The position numbers were made by a program, and so were the translations under genes. DNA of 64,000 nt, taken from positions 246,078,001 through 246,142,000 of the forward strand of contig OZ024741.1 in the NCBI GenBank assembly GCA_964016885.1, given 5' to 3'. Below the pieces are notes generated by a model. That model was not told the DNA's origin. It did not search any database and saw only the letters and a program-made list of their open reading frames with translations. The DNA is from Eledone cirrhosa (Eukaryota). The first letter of the stretch is position 1, and each line of letters starts with the position of its first letter. Positions 40,913 through 55,800 of the stretch are shown in pieces.

Positions 40913-43524
40913 AAATTATCTCCCCTTGATTTTTTTTACAAATTATCTCCGCCTGATTTTTTTTTACAAATTATCTCCCCCTGATTTTTTTTTACAAATT
41001 ATCTACCCCTGATTTTTTTTTACAAATTATCTCCCCCTGATTTTTTTTACAAATTATCTCCCCCTGATTTTTCTTTTACAAATTATCTCCCCCTGATTTT
41101 TTTACAAATTATCTCCCCCTGATTTTTTTTACAAATTATCTCCGCCTGATTTTTTTAAATATTATCTTCCCTTGGCTGGCGGGAAATTATCTCCCCTTGG
41201 ACGGCTGGAAATTATCTGCCCTTGATTTTCTTTTTACAAATTATCTTCCACTGATTTTTTTTACAAATTATCTCCACCTGATTTTTTAAAAAATTATCTC
41301 CCCTTGGAAGGCTGGAAATTATCTCCCCTTGGACGGCTGGAAATTATCTCCCCTTGGACGGCTAGAAATTATCTCTCCTTGGACGGCTGAAAATTATCTC
41401 CCCTTGGACGGCTGCAAATTATCTCCCCTTGATTTTTTTTACAAATTATCTCCCCCTGATTTTTTTTACAAATTATCTCCCCCTGATTTTTTTTACAAAT
41501 TATCTACCCCTGATTTTTTTTACAAATTATCTCCCCCTGATATTTTTTTACAAATTATCTCCCCCTGATTTTTTTTTACAAATTATCTCCCCCTGATTTT
41601 TTTTTTACAAATTATCTCCCCCTGATTTTTTTACAAATTATCTCCCCCTGATTTTTTTTACAATCTCCGCCTGATTTTTTTAAAAATTATCTTCCCTTGG
41701 CTGGCGGGAAATTATCTCCCCTTGGACGGCTGGAAATTATCTCCCCTTGGAAGGATGGAAATTATCTCCCCTTGGACGGCTGGAAATTATCTCCCCTTGC
41801 ACGGCTGGAAATTATCTCCCCTTGGCTGGAAATTATCTCCCCTTGGACGGCTAGAAATTATCTCTCTTTGGACGGCTGGAAATTATCTCCCTTTGATTTT
41901 TTTTACAAATTATCTCCCTCTGATTTTTTTTACAAATCTCCCCCTTATTTTTTTAAAAAAATTATCTCCCCTTCGCTGGCTGGAAATTATCTTCCCTTGG
42001 ACGGCTGGAAATTATCTCACCTTGATTTTTTTTACAAATTATCTCCGCCTGATTTTTTTTTTAAATTATCTCTCCTTGGACGGCTGGAAATTATCTCCCC
42101 TTGATTTTTTTTACAAATAATCTCCCCCTGATTTTTTTTTATAAATTATCTTGGACGGCTGGAAATTATCTCCCCTTGGACGGCTAGAAATTACCTCTCC
42201 TTGGACGGCTGAAAATTATCTCCCCTTGGACGGCTGGAAATTATCTCCCCTTGATTTTTTTACAAATTATCTCCCCATGATTTTTTTTTTACAAATTATC
42301 TCCCCCTGATTTTTTTTTACAAATTATCTACCCCTGATTTTTTTTTACAAATTATCTCCCCCTGATTTTTTTTTACAAATTATCTACCCCTGATTTTTTT
42401 TACAAATTATCTCCCCCTGATTTTTTTTACAAATTATCTCCCCCTGATTTTTTTTTTACAAATTATCTCCCCCTGATTTTTTTACAAATTATCTCCCCCT
42501 GATTTTTTTTACAAATTATCTCCGCCGGATTTTTTTAAATATTATCTTCCCTTGGCTTGCGGGAAATTATCTCCCCTTGGACGGCTGAAAATTATCTCCC
42601 CTTGGACGGCTGGAAATTATCTCCCCTTGATTTTTTTTACAAATTATCTCCCCCTGATTTTTTTTTACAAATTATCTCCCCCTGATTTTTTTTACAAATT
42701 ATCTCCCCCTGATTTTTTTTTACAAATTATCTCCCCCTGATTTTTTTTACAAATTATCTCCCCCTGATTTTTTTTACAAATTATCTCCCCCTGATTTTTT
42801 TTTACAAATTATCTCCCCCTGATTTTTTTACAAATTATCCCCCCCTGATTTTTTTTACAAATTATCTCCGCCTGATTTTTTAAAATATTATCTTCCCTTG
42901 GCTGGCGGGAAATTATCTCCCCTTGGACGGCTGGAAATTATCTGCCCTTGATTTTCTTTTTACAAATTAACTTCCACTGATTTTTTTTACAAATTATCTC
43001 CCCTGATTTTTTTAAAAATTATCTCCCCTTGGAAGGCTGGAAATTATCTCCCCTTGGCTGGAAATTATCTCCCCTTGGACGGCTAGAAATTATCTCTCTT
43101 TGGACGGCTGGAAATTATCACCCCTTGAGTTTTTTACAAATTATCTCCCCCTGATTTTTTTTACAAATCTCCCAGTGATTTTTAAAAAAAAATTATCTTC
43201 CCTTCGCTGGCTGGAAATTATCTCCCCTTGGACGCTGGAAATTATAGCCCCTTGGAGGGCTGGAAATTATCTTCCCTTGGACGGCTGGAAATTATCTCCC
43301 CTTGATTTTTTTTACAAATTATCTCCCCCTGATTTTTTTTTACAAATTATCTCCCCCTGATTTTTTTTTACAACTTATCTGCGCCTGATTTTTTTAAAAA
43401 AATTATCTCTCCTTGGACGGCTGGAAATTATCTACCCTTGGACGGCTGGAAATTATCTCTCCTTGGACGGCTAGAATTTACCTCTCCTTGGACGGCTGAA
43501 AATTATCTCCCCTTGGACGGCTGG

Positions 43525-43857
43525 AAATTATCTCCCCTTGATTTTTTTTACAAATTATCTCCCCCTGATTTTTTTTTACAAATTATCTCCCCCTGATTTT
43601 TTTTTACAAATTATCTCCCCCTGATTTTTTTTTACAAATTATCTCCCCCTGATTTTTTTTACAAATTATCTCCCCCTGATTTTTTTTTACAAATTATCTC
43701 CCCCTGATTTTTTTTTACAAATTATCTCCCCCTGATTTTTTTTTACAAATTATCTCCCCCTGATTTTTTTTTACAAATTATCTCCGCCTGATTTTTTTTA
43801 CAAATTATCTCCCCCTGATTTTTTTTTACAAATTATCTCCGCCTGATTTTTTTTTAA
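43525..43857 (+). repeat. Long type-B run (12 monomers, T8/T9); homologues at ~53055 and ~60604
   Basis: Direct count: 3x27 bp + 9x28 bp = 333 bp. Confidence 0.9.
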
Positions 43858-46800
43858 AAATTACCTCCCCTTGGACGGCTGGAAATTATCTCCCCTTGGA
43901 CGGCTGGAAATTATCTCCCCTTGGACGGCTAGAAATTATCTCTCCTTGGACGGCTGAAAATTATCTCCCCTTGGACGGCTGCAAATTATCTCCCCTTGAT
44001 TTTTTTTACAAATTATCTCCCCCTGATTTTTTTTACAAATTATCTCCCCCTGATTTTTTTTACAAATTATCTACCCCTGATTTTTTTTACAAATTATCTC
44101 CCCCTGATTTTTTTTTACAAATTATCTCCCCCTGATTTTTTTTTACAAATTATCTCCCCCTGATTTTTCTTTTACAAATTATCTCCCCCTGATTTTTTTA
44201 CAAAGTATCTCCCCCTGATTTTTTTTACAATCTCCGCCTGATTTTTTTAAAAATTATCTTCCCTTGGCTGGCGGGAAATTATCTCCCCTTGGACGGCTGG
44301 AAATTATCTCCCCTTGGAAGGATGGAAATTATCTCCCCTTGGACGGCTGGAAATTATCTCCCCTTGCACGGCTGGAAATTATCTCCCCTTGGACGGCTAG
44401 AAATTATCTCTCTTTGGACGGCTGGAAATTATCTCCCTTTGATTTTTTTTACAAATTATCTCCCTCTGATTTTTTTTACAAATCTCCCCCTGATTTTTTA
44501 AAAAAAATTATCTCCCCTTCGCTGGCTGGAAATTATCTCCCCTTGGACACTGGAAATTATAGCCCCTTGGAGGGCTGGAAATTATCTTCCCTTGGACGGC
44601 TGGAAATTATCTCCCCCTGATTTTTTTAACAAATTATCTCCGCCTTATTTTTTTTAAAAATTATCTCTCCTTGGACGGCTGGAAATTATCTCCCCTTGAT
44701 TTTTTTTACAAATAATCTCCCCCTGATTTTTTTTTACAAATTATCTCCCCCTGATTTTTTTTTACAAATTATCTACCCCTGATTTTTTTTTACAAATTAT
44801 CTCCCCCTGATTTTTTACAAATTATCTCCCCCTGATTTTTCTTTTACAAATTATCTCCCCCTGATTTTTTTTACAAATTATCTCCGCCTGATTTTTTTAA
44901 ATATTATCTTCCCTTGGCTGGCGGGAAATTATCTCCCCTTGGACGGCTGGAAATTATCTGCCCTTGATTTTCTTTTTACAAATTATCTTCCACTGATTTT
45001 TTTTACAAATTATCTCCACCTGATTTTTTAAAAAATTATCTCCCCTTGGAAGGCTGGAAATTATCTCCCCTTGGCTGGAAATTATCTCCCCTTGGACGGC
45101 TAGAAATTATCTCTCTTTGTACGGCTGGAAATTATCACCCCTTGAGTTTTTTACAAATTATCTCCCCCTGATTTTTTTTACAAATCTCCCAGTGTTTTTA
45201 AAAAAAAATTATCTCCCCTTCGCTGGCTGGAAATTATCTCCCCTTGGACGCTGGAAATTATAGCCCCTTGGAGGGCTGGAAATTATCTTCCCTTGGACGG
45301 CTGGAAATTATCTCCCCTTGATTTTTTTTACAAATTATCTCCCCCTGATTTTTTTTTACAAATTATCTCCCCCTGATTTTTTTTTACAACTTATCTGCGC
45401 CTGATTTTTTAAAAAAAATTATCTTCCCTTGGACGGCTGGAAATTATCTCCCCTTGGACAGCTGGAAATTATCTCTCCTTGGACGGCTAGAATTTACCTC
45501 TCTTTGGACGGCTGAAAATTATCTCCCCTTGGACGGCTGGAAATTATCTCCCCTTGATTTTTTTTACAAATTATCTCCCCCTGATTTTTTTTTACAAATT
45601 ATCTCCCCCTGATTTTTTTTTACAAATTATCTCCCCCTGATTTTTTTTTACAAATTATCTCCCCCTGATTTTTTTTACAAATTATCTCCCCCTGATTTTT
45701 TTACAAATTATCTCCCCTTGGCTGGTTGGAAATTATCTCCCCTTGGAGGCTGGAACTTATGTCCCCTTGGACGGCTAGAAATTACCTCTCCTTGGACGGC
45801 TGGAAAATATGTCTCCTTGGACGGCTGGATATTATCTCCCCTTGGACGGCTGGAAATTATCTCCCCTTGGACGGCTGGAAATTATCTCCCCTTGGATGGC
45901 TAGATATTACCTCCCCTTGGACGGCTGGAAATTATCTCCCCTTGATTTTTTTTACAAATTATCTCCCCCTGATTTTTTTTTACAAATTATCTCCCCCTGA
46001 TTTTTTTTTACAAATTATCTCCCCCTGATTTTTGTTTACAAATTATCTCCGCCTGATTTTTTTTTTAAAATTATCTCCCCTTGGACGGCTGGAAATTATC
46101 TCCCCTTGGACGGCTAGAAATTACCTATCCTTGGACGGCTGAAAATTATCTCCCCTTGGACGGCTGGAAATTATCTCCCCTTGATTTTTTTTACAAATTA
46201 TCTCCCCCTGATTTTTTTTACAAATTATCTCCCCCTGATTTTTTTACAAATTATCTCCCCCTGATTTTTTTTTACAAATTATCTCCCCCTGATTTTTTTT
46301 ACAAATTATCTCCCTCTGATTTTTTTACAAATTATCTCCCCTTGGCTGGCTGGAAATTATCTCCCCTTGGACGGCTAGAAATTACCTCTCCTTGGACGGC
46401 TGGAAAATATGTCTCCTTGGACGGCTGGATATTATCTCCCCTTGGACGGCTGGAAATTATCTCCCCTTGGACGGCTGGAAATTATCTCCCCTTGGACGGA
46501 TAGATATTACCTCCCCTTGGACGGCTGGAAATTATCTCCCCTTGATTTTTTTACAAATTATCTCCCCCTGATTTATTTTACAAATCTCCCAATGATTTTA
46601 AAAAAAAATTATCTCCCCTTCGCTGGCTGGAAATTATCTCCCCTTGGACGCTGGAAATTATAGCCCCTTGGAGGGCTGGAAATTATCTTCCCTTGGACGG
46701 CTGGAAATTATCTCCCCTTGATTTTTTTTACAAATTATCTCCCCCTGATTTTTTTTACAAATTATCTCCCCCTGATTTTTTTTACAAATTATCTCCCCCT

Positions 46801-49553
46801 GATTTTTTTTTACAAATTATCTCCCCCTGATTTTTTTACAAATTATCTCCCCCTGATTTTTTTTACAATCTCCGCCTGATTTTTTTAAAAATTATCTTCC
46901 CTTGGCTGGCTGGAAATTATCTCCCCTTGGACACTGGAAATTATAGCCCCTTGGAGGGCTGGAAATTATCTTCCCTTGGACGGCTGGAAATTATCTCCCC
47001 TTGATTTTTTTTACAAATTATCTCCGCCTGATTTTTTTTACAAATTATCTCCCCCTGATTTTTTTTTACAAATTATCTACCCCTGATTTTTTTTTACAAA
47101 TTATCTCCCCCTGATTTTTTTTACAAATTATCTCCCCCTGATTTTTCTTTTACAAATTATCTCCCCCTGATTTTTTTACAAATTATCTCCCCCTGATTTT
47201 TTTTACAAATTATCTCCGCCTGATTTTTTTAAATATTATCTTCCCTTGGCTGGCGGGAAATTATCTCCCCTTGGACGGCTGGAAATTATCTGCCCTTGAT
47301 TTTCTTTTTACAAATTATCTTCCACTGATTTTTTTTACAAATTATCTCCACCTGATTTTTTAAAAAATTATCTCCCCTTGGAAGGCTGGAAATTATCTCC
47401 CCTTGGACGGCTGGAAATTATCTCCCCTTGGACGGCTAGAAATTATCTCTCCTTGGACGGCTGAAAATTATCTCCCCTTGGACGGCTGCAAATTATCTCC
47501 CCTTGATTTTTTTTACAAATTATCTCCCCCTGATTTTTTTTACAAATTATCTCCCCCTGATTTTTTTTACAAATTATCTACCCCTGATTTTTTTTACAAA
47601 TTATCTCCCCCTGATTTTTTTTTACAAATTATCTCCCCCTGATTTTTTTTTACAAATTATCTCCCCCTGATTTTTTTTTTACAAATTATCTCCCCCTGAT
47701 TTTTTTACAAATTATCTCCCCCTGATTTTTTTTACAATCTCCGCCTGATTTTTTTAAAAATTATCTTCCCTTGGCTGGCGGGAAATTATCTCCCCTTGGA
47801 CGGCTGGAAATTATCTCGCCTTGCACGGCTGGAAATTATCTCCCCTTGGCTGGAAATTATCTCCCCTTGGACGGCTAGAAATTATCTCTCTTTGGACGGC
47901 TGGAAATTATCTCCCTTTGATTTTTTTTACAAATTATCTCCCTCTGATTTTTTTTACAAATCTCCCCCTGATTTTTTAAAAAAAATTATCTCCCCTTCGC
48001 TGGCTGGAAATTATCTTCCCTTGGACGGCTGGAAATTATCTCACCTTGATTTTTTTTACAAATTATCTCCGCCTGATTTTTTTTTAAAATTATCTCTCCT
48101 TGGACGGCTGGAAATTATCTCCCCTTGATTTTTTTTACAAATAATCTCCCCCTGATTTTTTTTTATAAATTATCTCCCCCTGATTTTTTTTTACAAATTA
48201 TCTACCCCTGTTTTTTTTTACAAATTATCTCCCCCTGATTTTTTTTACAAATTATCTCCCCCTGATTTTTCTTTTACAAATTATCTCCCCCTGATTTTTC
48301 TTTTACAAATTATCTCCCCCTGATTTTTTTACAAATTATCTCCCCCTGATTTTTTTTACAAATTGTCTCCGCCTGATTTTTTTAAATATTATCTTCCCTT
48401 GGCTGGCGGGAAATTACCTCCCCTTGGACGGCTGGAAATTATCTGCCCTTGATTTTCTTTTTACAAATTATCTTCCACTGATTTTTTTTACAAATTATCT
48501 CCACCTGATTTTTTAAAAAATTATCTCCCCTTGGAAGGCTGGAAATTATCTCCCCTTGGCTGGAAATTATCTCCCCTTGGACGGCTAGAAATTATCTCTC
48601 TTTGGACGGCTGGAAATTATCACCCCTTGAGTTTTTTACAAATTATCTCCCCCTGATTTTTTTTACAAATCTCCCAGTGATTTTTTAAAAAAAATTATCT
48701 CCCCTTCGCTGGCTGGAAATTATCTCCCCTTGGACGCTGGAAATTATAGCCCCTTGGAGGGCTGGAAATTATCTTCCCTTGGACGGCTGGAAATTATCTC
48801 CCCTTGATTTTTTTTACAAATTATCTCCCCCTGATTTTTTTTTACAAATTATCTCCCCCTGATTTTTTTTTACAACTTATCTGCGCCTGATTTTTTTAAA
48901 AAAATTATCTCCCCTTGGACGGCTGGAAATTATCTCCCCTTGGACGGCTGGAAATTATCTCTCCTTGGACGGCTAGAATTTACCTCTCCTTGGACGGCTG
49001 AAAATTATCTCCCCTTGGACGGCTGGAAATTATCTCCCCTTGATTTTTTTTACAAATTATCTCCTTTTTTTTTTTTTTACAAATTATCTCCCCCTGATTT
49101 TTTTTTACAAATTATCTCCCCCTGATTTTTTTTTACAAATTATCTCCCCCTGATTTTTTTTACAAATTATCTCCCCCCTGATTTTTTTACAAATTATCTC
49201 CCCTTGGCTGGCTGGAAATTATCTCCCCTTGGAGGCTGGAACTTATCTCCCCTTGGACGGCTAGAAATTACCTCTCCTTGGACGGCTGGAAAATATGTCT
49301 CCTTGGACGGCTGGATATTATCTCCCCTTGGACGGCTGGAAATTATCTCCCCTTGGATGGCTGGAAATTATCTCCCCTTGGATGGCTAGATATTACCTCC
49401 CCTTGGACGGCTGGAAATTATCTCCCCTTGATTTTTTTAACAAATTATCTCCCCCTGATTTTTTTTTACAAATGATCTCCCCCTGATTTTTTTTAAAAAA
49501 TTATCTCCCCCTGATTTTTGTTTACAAATTATCTCCGCCTGATTTTTTTTAAC

Positions 49554-49853
49554 AAATTATCTCCCCTTGGACGGCTGGAAATTATCTCCCCTTGGACGGC
49601 TGGAAATTATATCTCCTTGGACGGCTAGAATTTACCTCTCCTTGGACGGCTGAAAATTATCTCCCCTTGGACGGCTGGAAATTATCTCCCCTTGGACGGC
49701 TAGAAATTACCTCTCCTTGGACGGCTGGAAAATATGTCTCCTTGGACGGCTGGATATTATCTCCCCTTGGACGGCTGGAAATTATCTCCCCTTGGACGGC
49801 TGGAAATTATCTCCCCTTGGACGGATAGATATTACCTCCCCTTGGACGGCTGG
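49554..49853 (+). repeat. Longest type-A run noticed (12 x 25 bp), spanning the junction of the 9530-bp duplication
   Basis: Direct count of 12 A units. The first 5 match the run at ~59058 and the last 7 match the run at ~40149. Confidence 0.9.
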
Positions 49854-52800
49854 AAATTATCTCCCCTTGATTTTTTTACAAATTATCTCCCCCTGATTTA
49901 TTTTACAAATCTCCAAATGATTTTAAAAAAAAAATTATCTCCCCTTCGCTGGCTGGAAATTATCTCCCCTTGGACGCTGGAAATTATAGCCCCTTGGAGG
50001 GCTGGAAATTATCTTCCCTTGGACGGCTGGAAATTATCTCCCCTTGATTTATTTTACAAATTATCTCCCCCTGATTTTTTTTACAAATTATCTCCCCCTG
50101 ATTTTTTTTACAAATTATCTACCCCTGATTTTTTTTACAAATTATCTCCCCCTGATTTTTTTTTACAAATTATCTCCCCCTGATTTTTTTTTACAAATTA
50201 TCTCCCCCTGATTTTTTTACAAATTATCTCCCCCTGATTTTTTTTACAATCTCCGCCTGATTTTTTTAAAAATTATCTTCCCCTGGCTGGCTGGAAATTA
50301 TCTCCCCTTGGACACTGGAAATTATAGCCCCTTGGAGGGCTGGAAATTATCTTCCCTTGGACGGCTGGAAATTATCTCCCCTTGGACACTGGAAATTATA
50401 GCCCCTTGGAGGGCTGGAAATTATCTTCCCTTGGACGGCTGGAAATTATCTCCCCTTGATTTTTTTTACAAATTATCTCCGCCTGATTTTTTTTTACAAA
50501 TTATCTCCCCCTGATTTTTTTTTACAAATTATCTACCCCTGATTTTTTTTTACAAATTATCTCCCCCTGATTTTTTTTACAAATTATCTCCCCCTGATTT
50601 TTCTTTTACAAATTATCTCCCCCTGATTTTTTTACAAATTATCTCCCCCTGATTTTTTTTACAAATTATCTCCGCCTGATTTTTTTAAATATTATCTTCC
50701 CTTGGCTGGCGGGAAATTATCTCCCCTTGGACGGCTGGAAATTATCTGCCCTTGATTTTCTTTTTACAAATTATCTTCCACTGATTTTTTTTACAAATTA
50801 TCTCCACCTGATTTTTTAAAAAATTATCTCCCCTTGGAAGGCTGGAAATTATCTCCCCTTGGACGGCTGGAAATTATCTCCCCTTGGACGGCTAGAAATT
50901 ATCTCTCCTTGGACGGCTGAAAATTATCTCCCCTTGGACGGCTGCAAATTATCTCCCCTTGATTTTTTTTACAAATTATCTCCCCCTGATTTTTTTTACA
51001 AATTATCTCCCCCTGATTTTTTTTACAAATTATCTACCCCTGATTTTTTTTACAAATTATCTCCCCCTGATATTTTTTTACAAATTATCTCCCCCTGATT
51101 TTTTTTTACAAATTATCTCCCCCTGATTTTTTTTTTACAAATTATCTCCCCCTGATTTTTTTACAAATTATCTCCCCCTGATTTTTTTTACAATCTCCGC
51201 CTGATTTTTTTAAAAATTATCTTCCCTTGGCTGGCGGGAAATTATCTCCCCTTGGACGGCTGGAAATTATCTCCCCTTGGAAGGATGGAAATTATCTCCC
51301 CTTGGACGGCTGGAAATTATCTCCCCTTGCACGGCTGGAAATTATCTCCCCTTGGCTGGAAATTATCTCCCCTTGGACGGCTAGAAATTATCTCTCTTTG
51401 GACGGCTGGAAATTATCTCCCTTTGATTTTTTTTACAAATTATCTCCCTCTGATTTTTTTTACAAATCTCCCCCTTATTTTTTTAAAAAAATTATCTCCC
51501 CTTCGCTGGCTGGAAATTATCTTCCCTTGGACGGCTGGAAATTATCTCACCTTGATTTTTTTTACAAATTATCTCCGCCTGATTTTTTTTTTAAATTATC
51601 TCTCCTTGGACGGCTGGAAATTATCTCCCCTTGATTTTTTTTACAAATAATCTCCCCCTGATTTTTTTTTATAAATTATCTTGGACGGCTGGAAATTATC
51701 TCCCCTTGGACGGCTAGAAATTACCTCTCCTTGGACGGCTGAAAATTATCTCCCCTTGGACGGCTGGAAATTATCTCCCCTTGATTTTTTTACAAATTAT
51801 CTCCCCCTGATTTTTTTTTTACAAATTATCTCCCCCTGATTTTTTTTTACAAATTATCTACCCCTGATTTTTTTTTACAAATTATCTCCCCCTGATTTTT
51901 TTTTACAAATTATCTACCCCTGATTTTTTTTACAAATTATCTCCCCCTGATTTTTTTTACAAATTATCTCCCCCTGATTTTTTTTTTACAAATTATCTCC
52001 CCCTGATTTTTTTACAAATTATCTCCCCCTGATTTTTTTTACAAATTATCTCCGCCGGATTTTTTTAAATATTATCTTCCCTTGGCTTGCGGGAAATTAT
52101 CTCCCCTTGGACGGCTGAAAATTATCTCCCCTTGGACGGCTGGAAATTATCTCCCCTTGATTTTTTTTACAAATTATCTCCCCCTGATTTTTTTTTACAA
52201 ATTATCTCCCCCTGATTTTTTTTACAAATTATCTCCCCCTGATTTTTTTTTACAAATTATCTCCCCCTGATTTTTTTTACAAATTATCTCCCCCTGATTT
52301 TTTTTACAAATTATCTCCCCCTGATTTTTTTTTACAAATTATCTCCCCCTGATTTTTTTACAAATTATCCCCCCCTGATTTTTTTTACAAATTATCTCCG
52401 CCTGATTTTTTAAAATATTATCTTCCCTTGGCTGGCGGGAAATTATCTCCCCTTGGACGGCTGGAAATTATCTGCCCTTGATTTTCTTTTTACAAATTAA
52501 CTTCCACTGATTTTTTTTACAAATTATCTCCCCTGATTTTTTTAAAAATTATCTCCCCTTGGAAGGCTGGAAATTATCTCCCCTTGGCTGGAAATTATCT
52601 CCCCTTGGACGGCTAGAAATTATCTCTCTTTGGACGGCTGGAAATTATCACCCCTTGAGTTTTTTACAAATTATCTCCCCCTGATTTTTTTTACAAATCT
52701 CCCAGTGATTTTTAAAAAAAAATTATCTTCCCTTCGCTGGCTGGAAATTATCTCCCCTTGGACGCTGGAAATTATAGCCCCTTGGAGGGCTGGAAATTAT

Positions 52801-55800
52801 CTTCCCTTGGACGGCTGGAAATTATCTCCCCTTGATTTTTTTTACAAATTATCTCCCCCTGATTTTTTTTTACAAATTATCTCCCCCTGATTTTTTTTTA
52901 CAACTTATCTGCGCCTGATTTTTTTAAAAAAATTATCTCTCCTTGGACGGCTGGAAATTATCTACCCTTGGACGGCTGGAAATTATCTCTCCTTGGACGG
53001 CTAGAATTTACCTCTCCTTGGACGGCTGAAAATTATCTCCCCTTGGACGGCTGGAAATTATCTCCCCTTGATTTTTTTTACAAATTATCTCCCCCTGATT
53101 TTTTTTTACAAATTATCTCCCCCTGATTTTTTTTTACAAATTATCTCCCCCTGATTTTTTTTTACAAATTATCTCCCCCTGATTTTTTTTACAAATTATC
53201 TCCCCCTGATTTTTTTTTACAAATTATCTCCCCCTGATTTTTTTTTACAAATTATCTCCCCCTGATTTTTTTTTACAAATTATCTCCCCCTGATTTTTTT
53301 TTACAAATTATCTCCCCCTGATTTTTTTTACAAATTATCTCCCCCTGATTTTTTTTTACAAATTATCTCCGCCTGATTTTTTTTTAAAAATTACCTCCCC
53401 TTGGACGGCTGGAAATTATCTCCCCTTGGACGGCTGGAAATTATCTCCCCTTGGACGGCTAGAAATTATCTCTCCTTGGACGGCTGAAAATTATCTCCCC
53501 TTGGACGGCTGCAAATTATCTCCCCTTGATTTTTTTTACAAATTATCTCCCCCTGATTTTTTTTACAAATTATCTCCCCCTGATTTTTTTTACAAATTAT
53601 CTACCCCTGATTTTTTTTACAAATTATCTCCCCCTGATTTTTTTTTACAAATTATCTCCCCCTGATTTTTTTTTACAAATTATCTCCCCCTGATTTTTCT
53701 TTTACAAATTATCTCCCCCTGATTTTTTTACAAAGTATCTCCCCCTGATTTTTTTTACAATCTCCGCCTGATTTTTTTAAAAATTATCTTCCCTTGGCTG
53801 GCGGGAAATTATCTCCCCTTGGACGGCTGGAAATTATCTCCCCTTGGAAGGATGGAAATTATCTCCCCTTGGACGGCTGGAAATTATCTCCCCTTGCACG
53901 GCTGGAAATTATCTCCCCTTGGACGGCTAGAAATTATCTCTCTTTGGACGGCTGGAAATTATCTCCCTTTGATTTTTTTTACAAATTATCTCCCTCTGAT
54001 TTTTTTTACAAATCTCCCCCTGATTTTTTAAAAAAAATTATCTCCCCTTCGCTGGCTGGAAATTATCTCCCCTTGGACACTGGAAATTATAGCCCCTTGG
54101 AGGGCTGGAAATTATCTTCCCTTGGACGGCTGGAAATTATCTCCCCCTGATTTTTTTAACAAATTATCTCCGCCTTATTTTTTTTTAAAATTATCTCTCC
54201 TTGGACGGCTGGAAATTATCTCCCCTTGATTTTTTTTACAAATAATCTCCCCCTGATTTTTTTTTACAAATTATCTCCCCCTGATTTTTTTTTACAAATT
54301 ATCTACCCCTGATTTTTTTTTACAAATTATCTCCCCCTGATTTTTTACAAATTATCTCCCCCTGATTTTTCTTTTACAAATTATCTCCCCCTGATTTTTT
54401 TTACAAATTATCTCCGCCTGATTTTTTTAAATATTATCTTCCCTTGGCTGGCGGGAAATTATCTCCCCTTGGACGGCTGGAAATTATCTGCCCTTGATTT
54501 TCTTTTTACAAATTATCTTCCACTGATTTTTTTTACAAATTATCTCCACCTGATTTTTTAAAAAATTATCTCCCCTTGGAAGGCTGGAAATTATCTCCCC
54601 TTGGCTGGAAATTATCTCCCCTTGGACGGCTAGAAATTATCTCTCTTTGTACGGCTGGAAATTATCACCCCTTGAGTTTTTTACAAATTATCTCCCCCTG
54701 ATTTTTTTTACAAATCTCCCAGTGTTTTTAAAAAAAAATTATCTCCCCTTCGCTGGCTGGAAATTATCTCCCCTTGGACGCTGGAAATTATAGCCCCTTG
54801 GAGGGCTGGAAATTATCTTCCCTTGGACGGCTGGAAATTATCTCCCCTTGATTTTTTTTACAAATTATCTCCCCCTGATTTTTTTTTACAAATTATCTCC
54901 CCCTGATTTTTTTTTACAACTTATCTGCGCCTGATTTTTTAAAAAAAATTATCTTCCCTTGGACGGCTGGAAATTATCTCCCCTTGGACAGCTGGAAATT
55001 ATCTCTCCTTGGACGGCTAGAATTTACCTCTCTTTGGACGGCTGAAAATTATCTCCCCTTGGACGGCTGGAAATTATCTCCCCTTGATTTTTTTTACAAA
55101 TTATCTCCCCCTGATTTTTTTTTACAAATTATCTCCCCCTGATTTTTTTTTACAAATTATCTCCCCCTGATTTTTTTTTACAAATTATCTCCCCCTGATT
55201 TTTTTTACAAATTATCTCCCCCTGATTTTTTTACAAATTATCTCCCCTTGGCTGGTTGGAAATTATCTCCCCTTGGAGGCTGGAACTTATGTCCCCTTGG
55301 ACGGCTAGAAATTACCTCTCCTTGGACGGCTGGAAAATATGTCTCCTTGGACGGCTGGATATTATCTCCCCTTGGACGGCTGGAAATTATCTCCCCTTGG
55401 ACGGCTGGAAATTATCTCCCCTTGGATGGCTAGATATTACCTCCCCTTGGACGGCTGGAAATTATCTCCCCTTGATTTTTTTTACAAATTATCTCCCCCT
55501 GATTTTTTTTTACAAATTATCTCCCCCTGATTTTTTTTTACAAATTATCTCCCCCTGATTTTTGTTTACAAATTATCTCCGCCTGATTTTTTTTTTAAAA
55601 TTATCTCCCCTTGGACGGCTGGAAATTATCTCCCCTTGGACGGCTAGAAATTACCTATCCTTGGACGGCTGAAAATTATCTCCCCTTGGACGGCTGGAAA
55701 TTATCTCCCCTTGATTTTTTTTACAAATTATCTCCCCCTGATTTTTTTTACAAATTATCTCCCCCTGATTTTTTTACAAATTATCTCCCCCTGATTTTTT

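Larger units (their letters stand above)
40143..49672 (+). repeat. 9530-bp higher-order unit, copy 1
   Basis: A constant offset of 9530 holds for ORFs from 40204->49734 through 46409->55939, then 9503/9504. Shared private variants include CTCCAAATG, ATAAATTATCTTGG, GGACAGCTGG and CTCGCCTTGC. Confidence 0.94.
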
